Of a stretch of 64,000 nt of DNA, positions 13,101 through 24,446 are shown in pieces. Position 1 is the first letter of the stretch. Every line of letters begins with the position of its first letter. The stretch lies in the NCBI GenBank assembly GCA_030704615.1, contig CM060731.1, positions 83,948,001-84,012,000 of the forward strand, read 5' to 3'. A model generated the notes under the pieces. That model worked only from the letters and a program-made list of their open reading frames with translations, was not told where the DNA came from and did not search any database. The translations under genes were made by a program, and so were the position numbers. Source of the DNA: Takakia lepidozioides. Taxonomy: Eukaryota > Plantae > Bryophyta.

Positions 13101-13526
13101 TAGATCCGTCATAATGGCTCAGCAGGTGTGGGTGGTCTAGAGAACTGAAGGCATTTTTGAAGTCGATATAGAGGAGATAGACATATTGTTTAGTGAGTTT
13201 TGCGTCTTCTAGGGCAGATAGGACGTATTGTATTTGCCTGGTAGTGCTACGCGTAGCACGGAAGCCTTCTTGGGGGTCGCTCAAAATACGGTGTTGTTCA
13301 CCATATGTGGAGAGCATCGTGGTTAATGTGCTGGTAAATAGTTTGTATATAGTGTTTGCAAGGGTGATGGGTCTGTAGTTACTAAGGTCTGTGGGGTCGT
13401 ATTTTTTAAACAGTAGGATGGTCTGACTGTGCTTCCAGGAGTGTGGGATACGATGTAATTGGTAACAAAGTCGGAAGAATTTGAAGAGGAGAGCGTGCGT
13501 GGAATTGGGAGTCTAGTGCTTGTAGT

Positions 13527-13977
13527 ATGGAAAAAAAACTGCTTATGCTATCACGAAGTAAAAAGCCACGGATAACCACAAAAAAATTGTCGTTTCCCTT
13601 GAACAACTCCTAAACGAGCACCCTAAAAGGGCCCACAAAGCCATCTTCAACCCTGCAATTAATCCACCCATTGACTGTCTTAAGCACAGACTAGGCCACC
13701 TGTTAACCAAACCCGACGACATCAACAAATTTTTTTGGCTTCGGGCCTCGTCATCCTACTCACCTACTGTAGTTAATTGTATGCATCCTAACCATCACAC
13801 ATCTAATTACATATGTGAAGTCAAACACTACCCATGGCATGATCTTGATGGCTTCTCACTTGATAAGCGAGGCTCCCCTTCTGATCGCATTATTGACCTC
13901 TTCACAATAGACTTGTATGGCTCTTGCCTAAAAGCTCTATCCAAATCAAAGGCTCCAGGCCCAGATCTCATTCCCAT
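13527..13977 (+). other. Internal inversion within the LINE ORF2
   Basis: Strand composition flips. The + strand reads KKTAYAITK...KAPGPDLIP, which exactly fills the gap between the minus-strand flanks. ATGGAA and TTCCCAT lie at the breakpoints. Confidence 0.85.
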
Positions 13978-16469
13978 CCCGACCGATTTGGAGAGGGAGG
14001 CGACCCACTGAAGAAGGTGGGATGGATCCACCGTGGTGGCATAAGCGATTGGCATATAGGCAGCGTGTTTAGACATGTGATGCGAGGGTCAGTTTTCCAA
14101 TTATTATAGGATGGGGTCGAGGGGTGGGGGATGACAGCAAGAGCTCAGCGTATGCTATGATAGATGTCCAGATGAGAGGTCCATTCACGTTTTTGAGTTC
14201 GGGTAAGGTAACCCCCGTTTTGTTTTGAACGGGCGGTCTGGGGGAGATCAGGGGGGCAGAGCATGTGGCTAATACACTTTTAGTCATTTCTTGGATTGTA
14301 GAGGTGAGTGTGATTTCGGCTTCCATCCATGCAACATTGGGGACATGAGTAGGTTAGTATCGGAGAGTATACGGAAGATTTTGTATATGAAGTTTGAGGA
14401 GGCGGGGTGGAAATGTTCTTGGAATGCTTTGATGTTGTATTGGGGTATGGGTGAGAGTATTTGGGGTTGAGGAGGCGGGGTATGTATATCTGGAATGGGT
14501 CGGAAGGGGATAAGGGATGGAGGTAGATAAGCGGTTATTGGGTAATGGTCTGGGTTACTCAGGCCGCTGATGTGTACGTGACTAAGAAGGTATGGTGGGA
14601 TTTCATTGTTTGATTTGAGGTAAAAACCATCAATAAGGCTTAGGGAGGAGTAGTTGAGACCCCCCTGCCTAGAGTAATGGTTGTCCGCAGGAATGTATTT
14701 GAGCTGCAAAAGTTGTATGAATCTGGCCCATTCGTGGTCTGCTGATGATGAAGGTTGGTGGGTTCCGTTGTATGAGTGGCCTAGCATAGCAATGTCTCTG
14801 TTAAAGTCGCCTGCTAAATAAAGTGGTGGTGTTGGTTATCAGGATGAGTGAGAGTGTGGGAGATAATGTTCCGTATGTTGGATATGAGAGGGAGGTCATC
14901 GGTATGTGATGGCATATACAAATGTATAAGGGTGATCAGACATAATGCTGATGGGTGTAGATGGATGATTTGAAGGTGAGACCGGAGGGGGATAGGTACG
15001 GTTATTTTTGTGGTGGTACTGGGCGAGTAATGTGTGCGGAGAATACCGAGTGCCACTCCACCCCTGGTGGGTTTGTATGGTGCGGAGTGACGAGATAGAC
15101 ATTGTTGGGCAGTCAGGGGGTTACCATATAGGTTATAGTAGTCGGGTAGTAGTTTATTGATATAGGAGCTACAGGTGTTAGTGGCATGTAGGAGGAAGAT
15201 ATGTGGTTGGGAAGAGTTGGCAAAAAGATGAAGTAGGCTTTGTATACTAGTAGCGAGTGATCCTACATTCTAGGAAGTAATAGTGAGTGCGCTGGTGCAG
15301 GCACCGGGGGAAGTGGGATCTTGGTTTGGGGAGGGGGTAGTAGAGGGTATCTCGGCTTGGGGTGCTAATGTTGGGGGGTTGTAGCCGGGTATCGGGGTGA
15401 TCACTTGGAGTGTGGAAAAGAGGATTTCGGTGCAGAGGAAGGGGAATTTATTAGTAATAAGGATGGAATCTTGGTTGGGTGTAGATACTGATGCCAAGTG
15501 GTCCCCAAGAATTTTATGTACGACCCCGGTGTTGGAGTTTAGAAGATCGAGAGAGGTGTGGGTATCAGATAGGTAGTGAGGGGGGGCCAAGTAGTTGTGA
15601 GGGTGCGGGGGCAACTTTTGTAATTGGCGAAGAAGGGAGCGGATTTGGGAGACTGAGTGCGCGTGGAGGTGTCCATTACACGTTTCCGGGAGAGGGGAGA
15701 TGATGATGATAAAGGAGAACAGGAGATGTGGCGTAGGAAAATACTTGAGTTTGTGGAGGGCTTTGGAGAGTACCGGATAGCAGGTGGACGGACGGTCCAA
15801 ATGTTGTGATGTGATGTGTGCGTGTGTGACCATTGGATTGGTTACGCGGGAGAAAGGGGGTGAAGTGGTCGGAAATATACAGTAGTTGTGCATGAACGAC
15901 ATGGTGTTTGGATGAAAGTATAGCGCATACCTTGCTTGTGCGTCTGGAAAGAGATCCTCGACAAGTTTGCTGATAGTAGTAGGCCCTAGGTTTGGATCGT
16001 AATAAATATTAGGTTTGAGCAAGTGTCTAAGTATGCGTTATTGTTGGGGGGGGATAGCGGGGTTTAGATCTACCTAAGTGTATGGGGTTTCTACCATGCG
16101 GACTGTGGGTTAAGCGGTATGGGTTGATATATATGGGAGAGGATTCTAAGAGCTTGAGGGCTGGTAGGTGGTAGAGGGTCTATATGATCAAAGAGCTGAC
16201 GAGCAGAGCATGGGTTGGAGCTGCTAGTGAATATTGAATAGGTAGGCTGGGAATAATGCAAGTGTTGTGGTGGGGGGGGGTCTGATGGGTGGGCATAGGT
16301 GGGTGGGCATAGGTGTGGTATATAAATGTTGTGGATGGATGACGGGTCGCAGGGGTTTGGATGATGGCAGTGACTCTGGGTGGCATACTGGGGGGTGGAA
16401 AATAATTATGTAGTGGGTACGTAGTGTGATGGGGGTGATTGGTGCATAGCGTAGAGTGGGTTGGGGGAA

Positions 16470-17310
16470 GTTGGCGTATTGTGGGTGGGGTATATTTCGT
16501 GGGTAGTACACTGGTGAGGAAAAACAGATACGTATGTTGTATGTACTATGAGCTGGAGAGAAATTGCGTGGTGGGTCGGCGTATTGTGGGTGGGATATAT
16601 TTTGTGGGTAATGCAATGGTGAGTAAAAACAGATACGTATGTCATATGTATTATGAGCTGGAGAGAAATTGCGTGGATCGCTGTGTAAAATCATGCCTTG
16701 GGGAGAGAAATATGGATGTGAAATTGAGTATGGCTCAGGGAGCCAACGGATCAAACAGATACGTATGTAAAAAATAGTAAAAGTATGACGCCTCCTGAAG
16801 GGAGCGTAATTTATGGTGTCACTTCCCCACAAGGGCTACTGCCTTCCAGCTGAAAGGTGGACACCTTCATGACACACCAGACCATGGTTTGAACCCACAA
16901 CCACATCCAACGTGGTATGTGCCCATTACCACTGGGCTACATGCTGGTTGTCTACGTATGTCATATGTATTATGAGCCGGAGAGAAATTGTGTGGATCGT
17001 TGTGTAAAATCATGATTGGGGAGAGAAATATGGATGTGAAATTGAGTATGGCTCAGGGAGCCAGTAGATCAAATAGATATGTCATACGTATTATGAACTG
17101 GAGGGAAATTGCGTGGGTCGCTATGTAAAATCATGACGTGGGGAGAGAAATATGGATGTGAAATTGAGTATGGCTCAAGGAGCCAGTAGATCAAACAGAT
17201 ATGTATGTCATATGTATTATGAACTGGAGAGAAATTGCGTGGGTCGCAGGGTAAAATCATGACTTGGGGAGAGAAATATGGATGTGAAATAGAGTCAGGG
17301 AGCCAGTAGA
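16470..17310. repeat. ~105-121 bp tandem repeat in the LINE 5' region
   Basis: Repeated unit containing ACAGATACGTATGTCATATGTATTATGAGCTGGAGAGAAATTGCGTGG. About 4 long and 2 shorter variant copies. Confidence 0.9.
16769..16952 (-). mobile_element. tRNA-derived SINE (copy 1) with T-rich tail
   Basis: Minus strand reads GACAACCAGCATGTAGCCCAGTGG (A box) ... GGTTCAAACC (B box) ... GGAGGCGTCATACTTTTACTATTTTTT. 9-bp TSD TACGTATGT at 16760-16768 and 16953-16961. Homologous to 58513-58689. Confidence 0.9.
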
Positions 17311-17434
17311 TAAAATAAACGTGTGAAAGAGGAGTGCATGAACCCCAGCAGGTGGGGTGCATTGTATAGCAAAAGTAGGGAGGAGGACCTTCCCATGGTA
17401 ACCAGTATACCCGAATCATTTTTGAAAGAGCCCG

Positions 17435-17535
17435 AGGTAACATTTTCCCAAGGTAACATTTTCCCAAAGTAGCACTTCCGCAAGGTAGCATTTTTCCAAG
17501 GTAGCATTTCCACAAGATAGCATTTTCCCAAGTAG
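17435..17535. repeat. 16-bp minisatellite (GGTARCATTTTCCCAA, ~6 copies)
   Basis: Direct reading of the tandem units. Confidence 0.85.
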
Positions 17536-18358
17536 CCAGTAACTCCGAATATCTTGTGCAAGAGAGTGGTAGTGTACTGAGTGGCAATCGTTCGAGAAAT
17601 AGTCATTTGGGGAGATCACTGTGTAAAAATACTTGGGTAAAGAACCATGAGTGTAACTGTATTTGTTTCACAAGGAGCCAGTGGTTTCCAGTGTCATGTA
17701 TAAGAGAAATGTAATATGATGCGTGATCATCATGTGGTAGATAACATGAGAAAGAGTATGGTGGGAGAGTACAGGGAGCACTTTGTGAAGAGTGGAAACT
17801 TGGAATTGAATCCTGATATGTTCGAGTGTCACAACTAGGGAAAAAAATTTGCATATGACCCAGATACTGGCTGCCACTGAGATGGCATAAAACAAAGTTT
17901 GGAGAGCACATAGTCCTCTGGTATGAGGGCAACATATACTTAGGAGGGGGAGGACGTGATCTAGAATCATATACTCGTAGCAAAGTGTAAAGAGTTCTAG
18001 AGTAGATAGCAGGCTGTAGAGAAGAACATATAAAAGCAGCGTGGTGAATACCTGCTTGAAAGTTGTACTTTTCTCGAGTTAAATTACCAGGCCTTATGTC
18101 TGGGAGACTCTGTGACACATTGTACAGCAGATGGTAGGAAGCTGTTAGCATGGAGTCCCTGCCCTTAACTTCAGAGAGTCCACGAGCTGTATGCAGTTGT
18201 GCCTGCAAGAGGTTGGAACCCCATATGTGATTAGTGTGTAGTCCATAGCACAACAACTGCAAATCATGGAGGGAACTCATCTTATATGGATTCGTAGGCC
18301 AGTTGAAGAGGGACTTGCATGGATTAGGGTGGGTGGCAGTATAGCTGAGTTCTTGACA

Positions 18359-19432
18359 TCACTTAGCATAAGGGCTCCTAAGCTGGAACAAGCCTTCAGA
18401 ACTGAAGTGAAGGTGATGTTGTTGGGTGTCCCCTTCCTTTATCATTTGCTCGTACATCTCCAAAGACTCCATACCATTTCCTTGCTGGGCATAACCTGCA
18501 ATCATCGCACTCCATGAGACGACACTTTGTTGAACCATATTGTCAAGCACTTGATGTGCATCCTTCATGTACCCGCACTTGGCATACAAGTCTACACGAG
18601 CAGTCTCTAGAATGATATCTGGTGCAATTCCAGCTTTGATGATGTCAACATGCACCTCTTTGCATTTTTCCAGGGCTGCAAGGCTGCCACATGCATTGAG
18701 AACAAAAAAAAATGTGCCTTTGTCTGGCATCAGCCCTTCCTGTATCATTTGTTCGTAGATATCCAAAGCCTCCAAACCACAATCCTGCCAAGCATATCCT
18801 GCAATTATCTCATTCCTGGAAACCACATCTCGTTCAGCCATATTGTCAAACACTCGACGAGCCTCTTTCATGTTCCCGCATTTGGCATACATGTCCACAA
18901 GGGCAGTCTCCATAATGATCTCTGGTCGAATTCCAGCTTCAATGATGTCAGAGTGGACCTCCTGGCCCTTTCCCAGGGCTGCCAGACTGGCCCACGCATT
19001 GAGAACTGAAGTGAACGTGACTTTGTTGAGAGTCATTTCTTCCCGCATCATTCGCTTATACATCTCGAAAGCCTCCCTGCCACACCCATGCTGAGAATAG
19101 CCTGCGATTACTGCACTCCATGAGACCACATTTTGTTGTGCCATGCTGTCAAACACTTTACGCGCGTCGCTCATGCTCCCACATTTGGCATACATACTCA
19201 CAAGGGCAGTCTCCAGAATGGTATCCGGCGGGATTCCAGCTTTGATGATGTCAGCCTGGACCTCTTTGCCCTTTTGCAGGGCAACCAGGCTAGCACACGC
19301 ATTGAGAATACATACGAAGGTGACCTTGTTGGGAGTCAGCCCTTCACATAGCAATTGCTCATAGATCTTGAAAGCCTCTGTACCACATCCATGCTTAGCA
19401 TATCCAGCGATCATTGTACTCCATGAGACCAC
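18359..19432 (-). pseudogene. PLS-class pentatricopeptide repeat (PPR) gene fragment
   Basis: About three P-L-S triplets (VVSW..MIAGY / PNKVTF..LNAC / ETALV.MYAKCG). Frameshift near 18430, no E/DYW domain, and abrupt ends against unrelated sequence on both sides. Confidence 0.88.
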
Positions 19433-20099
19433 AACTCATTCAGTCCTTTGGAAGACTTGAGATGGGTGTGGACAGGTATTACCTGGTGTGTTTTGTAACT
19501 GAGCCCCCACCTTGATGTGCTCTGATGGGTCACTTGGCCAGTGGTCACTTGGAAGAGATTGCCCTGGTAGTTGTAGCGACCTGTGATTCCCCACGGTTGT
19601 GGGAAGTTGACACTTTTCCTTCCGGGTGAGAGGCATATGGTCCTCTGATGCAATCTCGCTACAGCTCTGATTGTCCAAGCAAGGTAGCGGCTTCTGTGGC
19701 AGAGGTAGGAATGGTCTGCCTGAGAAATTTCTGTTGAAGATGCGGTAATCATGAAGACTGTGAGTATCAGGGTGACAACCCGCCCTGTGTTGCTTGAGAG
19801 AGGGGAGCGACCAGGGGCAGATTTTGGTAGTATAGACATGAAGGGTATCCAGTACTTTATACCAACGCGGTGTGGCATCACACCTTTCAGCCCGGGCCCA
19901 ATACACCGGAAGCCAGCCACCAAGGAAGCCTGCCTTTGTAGGGTGGCCCGTTGAGAGGCAGGATGGGGGGTATGGACAATATGCAATGCGGAGTCCTAGA
20001 TAAAAGGAAAGGGAAGTAAAGCAGGTGGGACATGAGCAGGGACCAGAGGCAGGGAGAAGAATGGGGAGACGTACCATGAGTATGAAAAAACAGGCAGAG

Positions 20100-21190
20100 A
20101 GGGGGTGTGGAATGGTTGCACCTATGGACTCGAGAACGAGACTGGTGCAGAATCGCCCTGAGAGGGGGCTTGGGGCGAGATGCTACAGAACCTGGAGAGA
20201 GAACATGTTGGGTAATGGAGGCCTTGTCAAAACGGGTGGCATCCGCCCAGCAGCCACTCCATGCTGCTATGAAGCCAGAAACCAGATTTATCAGTCGACC
20301 ATCGAACCAGCTCCTCTGGTGTAGGCTAGGTCTTCCGGCATGAGGCGATAGTGTGCTGAGACGCCTGTTTGGAGGGCAGATCCTCCATGATCTTAAGGGG
20401 TGGGTTGCGCAAAGAAGGGTGAGTCGCAGAACAGGTGCATCAGCTGCTGCCCGCCAACTGAGGGTGTAGCTGTCGATGCGCTTGGGCCGCAAAGCCTTGC
20501 TGGGGTCGTACACAATATGAGACTTAGCTGCGCGATCATGGTGTTCCCATAATGTACAAACGAGGCGAGGTCCATGCTAGGTAATATAGCTGGTGCTCGT
20601 ATGGGGCTCCCCGGTCACATCGGAGCCCTTGCCGGGTACATGCGGCCTTGCGAGACGGGTAGAAGAGTGCCGAAATTGCCTGGGGAATGTCGAGGTCGCC
20701 CTGAGAGTGACCCTGTCCTTTGGGAGAAGGAAATGGTAGTAATAGTCGGCGTGGTGGTATCATTCGAAGCGCAGAAGCCAGCTTGAACCAGAGTGGAAGA
20801 GTAACACGTCTTCCAGCAGTTAGGCAGGTCGCCGAAGTTTGTATGGACAACCTCAATGACGAAGAGGGTGTGTGGAGCATGGTGCCCCTCCTGCGTGGTG
20901 TAATTCATGTGGTGGAGGATAGGCAGAGTGTAGAAAAGAATGCAGCTCAGGCTAATGAACGGGAAATGGCCATGCAGCCTGTTGTAGCTATGAAGGGCAC
21001 TCTGTTGTCAGTAGAGGCTCCAGATAACAGCAGTCTTGGGAAATGCGAATCTGAGCTAGGACTGTGCGCAACTGACATTGGCTCCAATGAAAACTCGGCA
21101 CTTCGGGAGGAACCTGTGGAGGATGTGTTTGTGCCAGCAAAAGTTAAAGCCATACCAGTCATTTCTGGTGATTCAGTGGGTGAAAGCCTG
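20100..21190 (+). pseudogene. Highly degenerate gag-like remnant
   Basis: Fragments resembling GLRKE..QVHQLLP and a decayed zinc knuckle (GLPGHIGAL, ~20600-20630), followed by the acidic ORF 20720..21190. Confidence 0.3.
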
Positions 21191-21193
21191 GGA

Positions 21194-22520
21194 CTAGAGC
21201 ATGAAGCACAGAGAGGCCCAGTATGGTGCGCTGTGTTCGCGTTTGATCCCAAATCTGTCACATACTTTGGCAAACTCTCCCCCCCATTCAGATCCGTTAT
21301 CGGTGAGAATTACCACGGGACAACCGTACCTGCTGATTATCTCTTCTTCCAAAAATCGAGCCGTTAGGGCTGCAGAGTGACCAGACACTGGGTACGCCTC
21401 CACCCACTTGGAATAGTGGTCAATGGCCACCAGTACATACTTGTTCCCTCTCTTGGTGACAGGAAAAGGACCTGCCGTGTCAATGGCTATTCGGTAGAAC
21501 AAATCAACAATGGGGATGCTATGAAGTCTGGACGAACCTGAACGCACCAAGTGACTGGCGCTCTGGCACTCTGGACACTTCAAAAGCATGCTGCAAATTA
21601 GTTGAGTTCGGTTGTGCCAGAAGTATCTCCTGCAGATCTCCTCTTGTGTTTTTCGCACTCCCAAATGCCCAATTGTGGTGTGCATGTTCAGAATTATTGC
21701 TTGGCGGTCCACTTTTGGGTGGCACAAGCTTGCCTCATAGAAGACATCCCCTTTTGAATATGAGTATTGCTTTGCTCGGCGTACAGCCCGCATCTTCTCT
21801 TCTTGGCTTAAATAGTCATTTGGCTCACCAAATGTGAGTATATGCATGAATGCATTCATCGTCAAGTATGTCAGGTTGTACTTCCTTCCGAGGTATCCAC
21901 ATCTCCTCCTCATCACTGCACATACTGGTACCTTCTCCTAGCTGCTCAGCTTCCAGAAGTACATTTACCTGTTCCTTCTTGGTGGGAGTTACCCACATTC
22001 CTCTCCCTTTTGACAAATTTTTTGCATCATCCATGGCTCTGGTGTAGGGTCTTTCTTCCAGGTCACTCTACCAGTGAGCTCTGTCATCCATGATGCTGGC
22101 TGGTGACCTTGCTTGAGAGTCCAGGCCCATGCTGCAGCCCTCTCCTCTTTGCTGTCTTGCCTCATTCTTCTGGCTGCTGCCACTACTTGAGGTTGATGAG
22201 AGGTGTGTACCCCCACCCGGCATCGTACATTTGCTGATGTCATTTCCTTGCGCAGTGGGGTCATGCATCTCCTCCCATCGCTGCTTCCCTTTCCTTGTCT
22301 GAACCACATTAATCGCAGGTAACCTGCTGGGCCCCCAATCTCGTGATGATTCCTCTTTTTGCTCACTTTGCTTTCTGCACACCTGGCTGCAGTATCTGCA
22401 GAGTTGCTGTATAATAGTACATGACACAAAACATTTATGAAAGTGTACAACTGCTGCTGAGTACTAGTGTTCAATGGATGCAACCGTGCTGCTGGCTGCT
22501 GCTGCTGTTCGACGGGATTC
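21194..22520 (-). mobile_element. Ty3/Gypsy integrase fragment with upstream linker
   Basis: HHCC region (HTTIGHLG...CPECQ), IAIDTAGPFP, AIDHYSKWVEA and LTDNGSEW. Truncated before the catalytic E. Confidence 0.9.
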
Positions 22521-22600
22521 AAGGCAAGTGGGGTCCATATTAACGTAGGGGGTAAAAAGAGGGTGGAATCGTGATAGGGTATAGGAAATGGCGAGGATGA

Positions 22601-23477
22601 AAGTTGTGGCCAAAGGAGAGGGCCAAAGATAAACGCAACAGTAGTGAGAAGTATGTCGAAGCCAATATTACCATCGGCGTGGGTGCAGCGGACATAGACA
22701 TATGTTTACAGAATATGGAAAATTTCATCGACCATCTATGTATCTTTGGATTATGTGCGTTGGAGAGGGGGTGACACTCTGTTTGATCTTCATTTACAAA
22801 TGGTTTGTACATTGTATGTCTCCAGCTTGTTGATGTTAAACAGGCTCATCAAAAAAGAACTTGGATGGGATGATCCCAAAGTTGCATCTTCGGGACGTGT
22901 AATTCATTGTAAAGCCCTTCGAGGAAAAAGTTTGCATACTTTTATTGGTATGGTTGGTTACTGTTTGAAGATCGTCGACAAACCTGATTTCAAATTTGTG
23001 CACCGCAATGTCAATTCCGATCAGATGCAGAATGGACTTGATGAGTATATCAAGTACGACGCTTCATCAATTCAAAACCGAGTGTATCTCACACATCAAA
23101 ATTTATTGGAGTGTGGACAAATGTGGTCAAAACACAAAATGGGAAGACAACTTGGTACCGGCCTGCCAAGTGTTCTCTTCAATATGTTAAAATCTGGTCA
23201 GTTTTATCTTGCAGCATCTTGGGTTGTTCCATTTAAGAATAGCGGCATGGATTTTAATATAGCTCAATCGATCTGGAAGGCAATGACCGAACCACAAGTG
23301 TTAAAAATGGTGGATGTAGTACAGATTTTCTTCGAATGTGGTACAACTAGTCCCCGTTTGCGGGAATTGTACTCTATTGAACTTGCAGACAAGGCTACTG
23401 TTCAACCGGAGTTGTCCGCCGGAGTTGTCCGATTCTATAGATTCATTACACAGTCTTCCTGCTTCGAAAATGAATGA
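22601..23477 (+). mobile_element. Replitron HUH (Y1) transposase, frameshifted
   Basis: The upstream frame EANITIGVG...GLCALERG joins, after a 1-nt shift in the G5 run 22767-22771, to GDTLFDLHLQMV (HUH/HUQ motif, 22791-22799) and HTFIGMVGYCLK (YxxK, 22959-22970). No helicase follows. Confidence 0.85.
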
Positions 23478-23646
23478 TATGTTAGCCCAAGTTTCATTTT
23501 AAGAAAATTCAGCCAACAAGAAGATGGCAAGTGAGGGGCTGAATGGGAAGGAAGGACACGTAGACGAGAGGACAGCTGGAAAGAGAGAAAGACATTCTTT
23601 AATTTATGGAAGGTAAGAAATAGCCACACCATTGGAAGAGCCAATG

Positions 23647-23663
23647 GCGGGCTCCCGCACTAG
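23647..23663 (+). other. GC hairpin followed by ACTAG; candidate 3' terminus of the rolling-circle element
   Basis: GCGGG-CT-CCCGC then ACTAG, ~170 bp after the HUH ORF stop. Confidence 0.4.
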
Positions 23664-23731
23664 AGTATTTTTTGGGGTAGTTAGTGTACAAGTGTCAAAT
23701 AGTGGAGTAGGTTTCTGTTGGGTGCCACATG

Positions 23732-24446
23732 TGTAGGGCCTTATGGAAGGCTCCACCAATACCGCTTGAAGGGGAGGCCCCAAGGGGCGGGCACCGCCTC
23801 CCCATGCTATATAAGGAGGTCATGCAGGCTGCACCTTTCTAATTAATATATATTAGTAACTACTTTAGTTATTACTTAGGGCCTTACCACACGAGCGGTA
23901 GTGGAAGTCCCCGCAACCTGCCGAAGGCCCGCTGATTGGTTGATGGATCATAAACTGACACCCTCACCTACCACACGGGAGGAACGACAATGAGAAGGCA
24001 ATGTGACATGGTGCTTAAGTGGAGCCTCTCCGCGAAAGTAGGATTTCCAGGGACTATTGCCTGGAAATTCGAAATGTTCGGGAACTTCTTTGTCGCGATC
24101 TGCTCCTTTCTTGCCGTGGAGCTCATCTGAGTCATTCATTTTTGCTTCTCAATGATCTGTTCCCGTGCCCGACTGCCGCTCATGTGGTAGCGTTGCTTTG
24201 TTTTTGCTGACATGGGCCTACTCTCCATAACATACAGGTGCTACAATCCTAGCTAGGGACTTCCATGCCACTCGAGCTCACTGCCGCTCGTGTGGTAAGG
24301 CCCTTATTGGGCTCCGTCCAAGGCCCCCAAAACAAATAGGACCATAGATATATTAATTAATAGAGTATATAAAAATGAATAAATAATACAGCGATAGATT
24401 AGAACTACCAAGCCAGGGCTGGCCCGCATCCACGCATCTTGTTACA
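23732..24446. mobile_element. Possible short solo LTR (~290 bp) interrupted by a MITE
   Basis: TGTA...TACA ends with CATG on both flanks (23728-23731, 24447-24450). Internal CTATATAAG and AATAAA. Confidence 0.4.
23879..24303. mobile_element. PIF/Harbinger (Tourist-like) MITE, 425 bp
   Basis: 25-bp TIR GGGCCTTACCACACGAGCGG(T/C)AGTG (24/25 match). TTA TSD at 23876-23878 and 24304-24306. Confidence 0.92.

Larger units (their letters stand above)
10183..18355 (-). mobile_element. Long degenerate LINE: 5' region, APE, RT and start of RNase H; possibly Dualen/RandI-like
   Basis: APE at 14284-15250 (IDGFYL, PDHYPI). RT at 12345-13400 (QEGFR, IDFKNAF, RGTIQGDTLSPYLF, AAYADDL). RNase H-like TDGTHSVSQAGYGIY at ~10222-10267. 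17560-18350 resembles 27900-28570. Many disablements. Confidence 0.88.

Noticed and set aside
22601-23663. Helitron or endogenous geminivirus/CRESS Rep
   Set aside because: There is a single catalytic Tyr, a short ORF, and no PIF1 or SF3 helicase (no Walker A) or capsid nearby.
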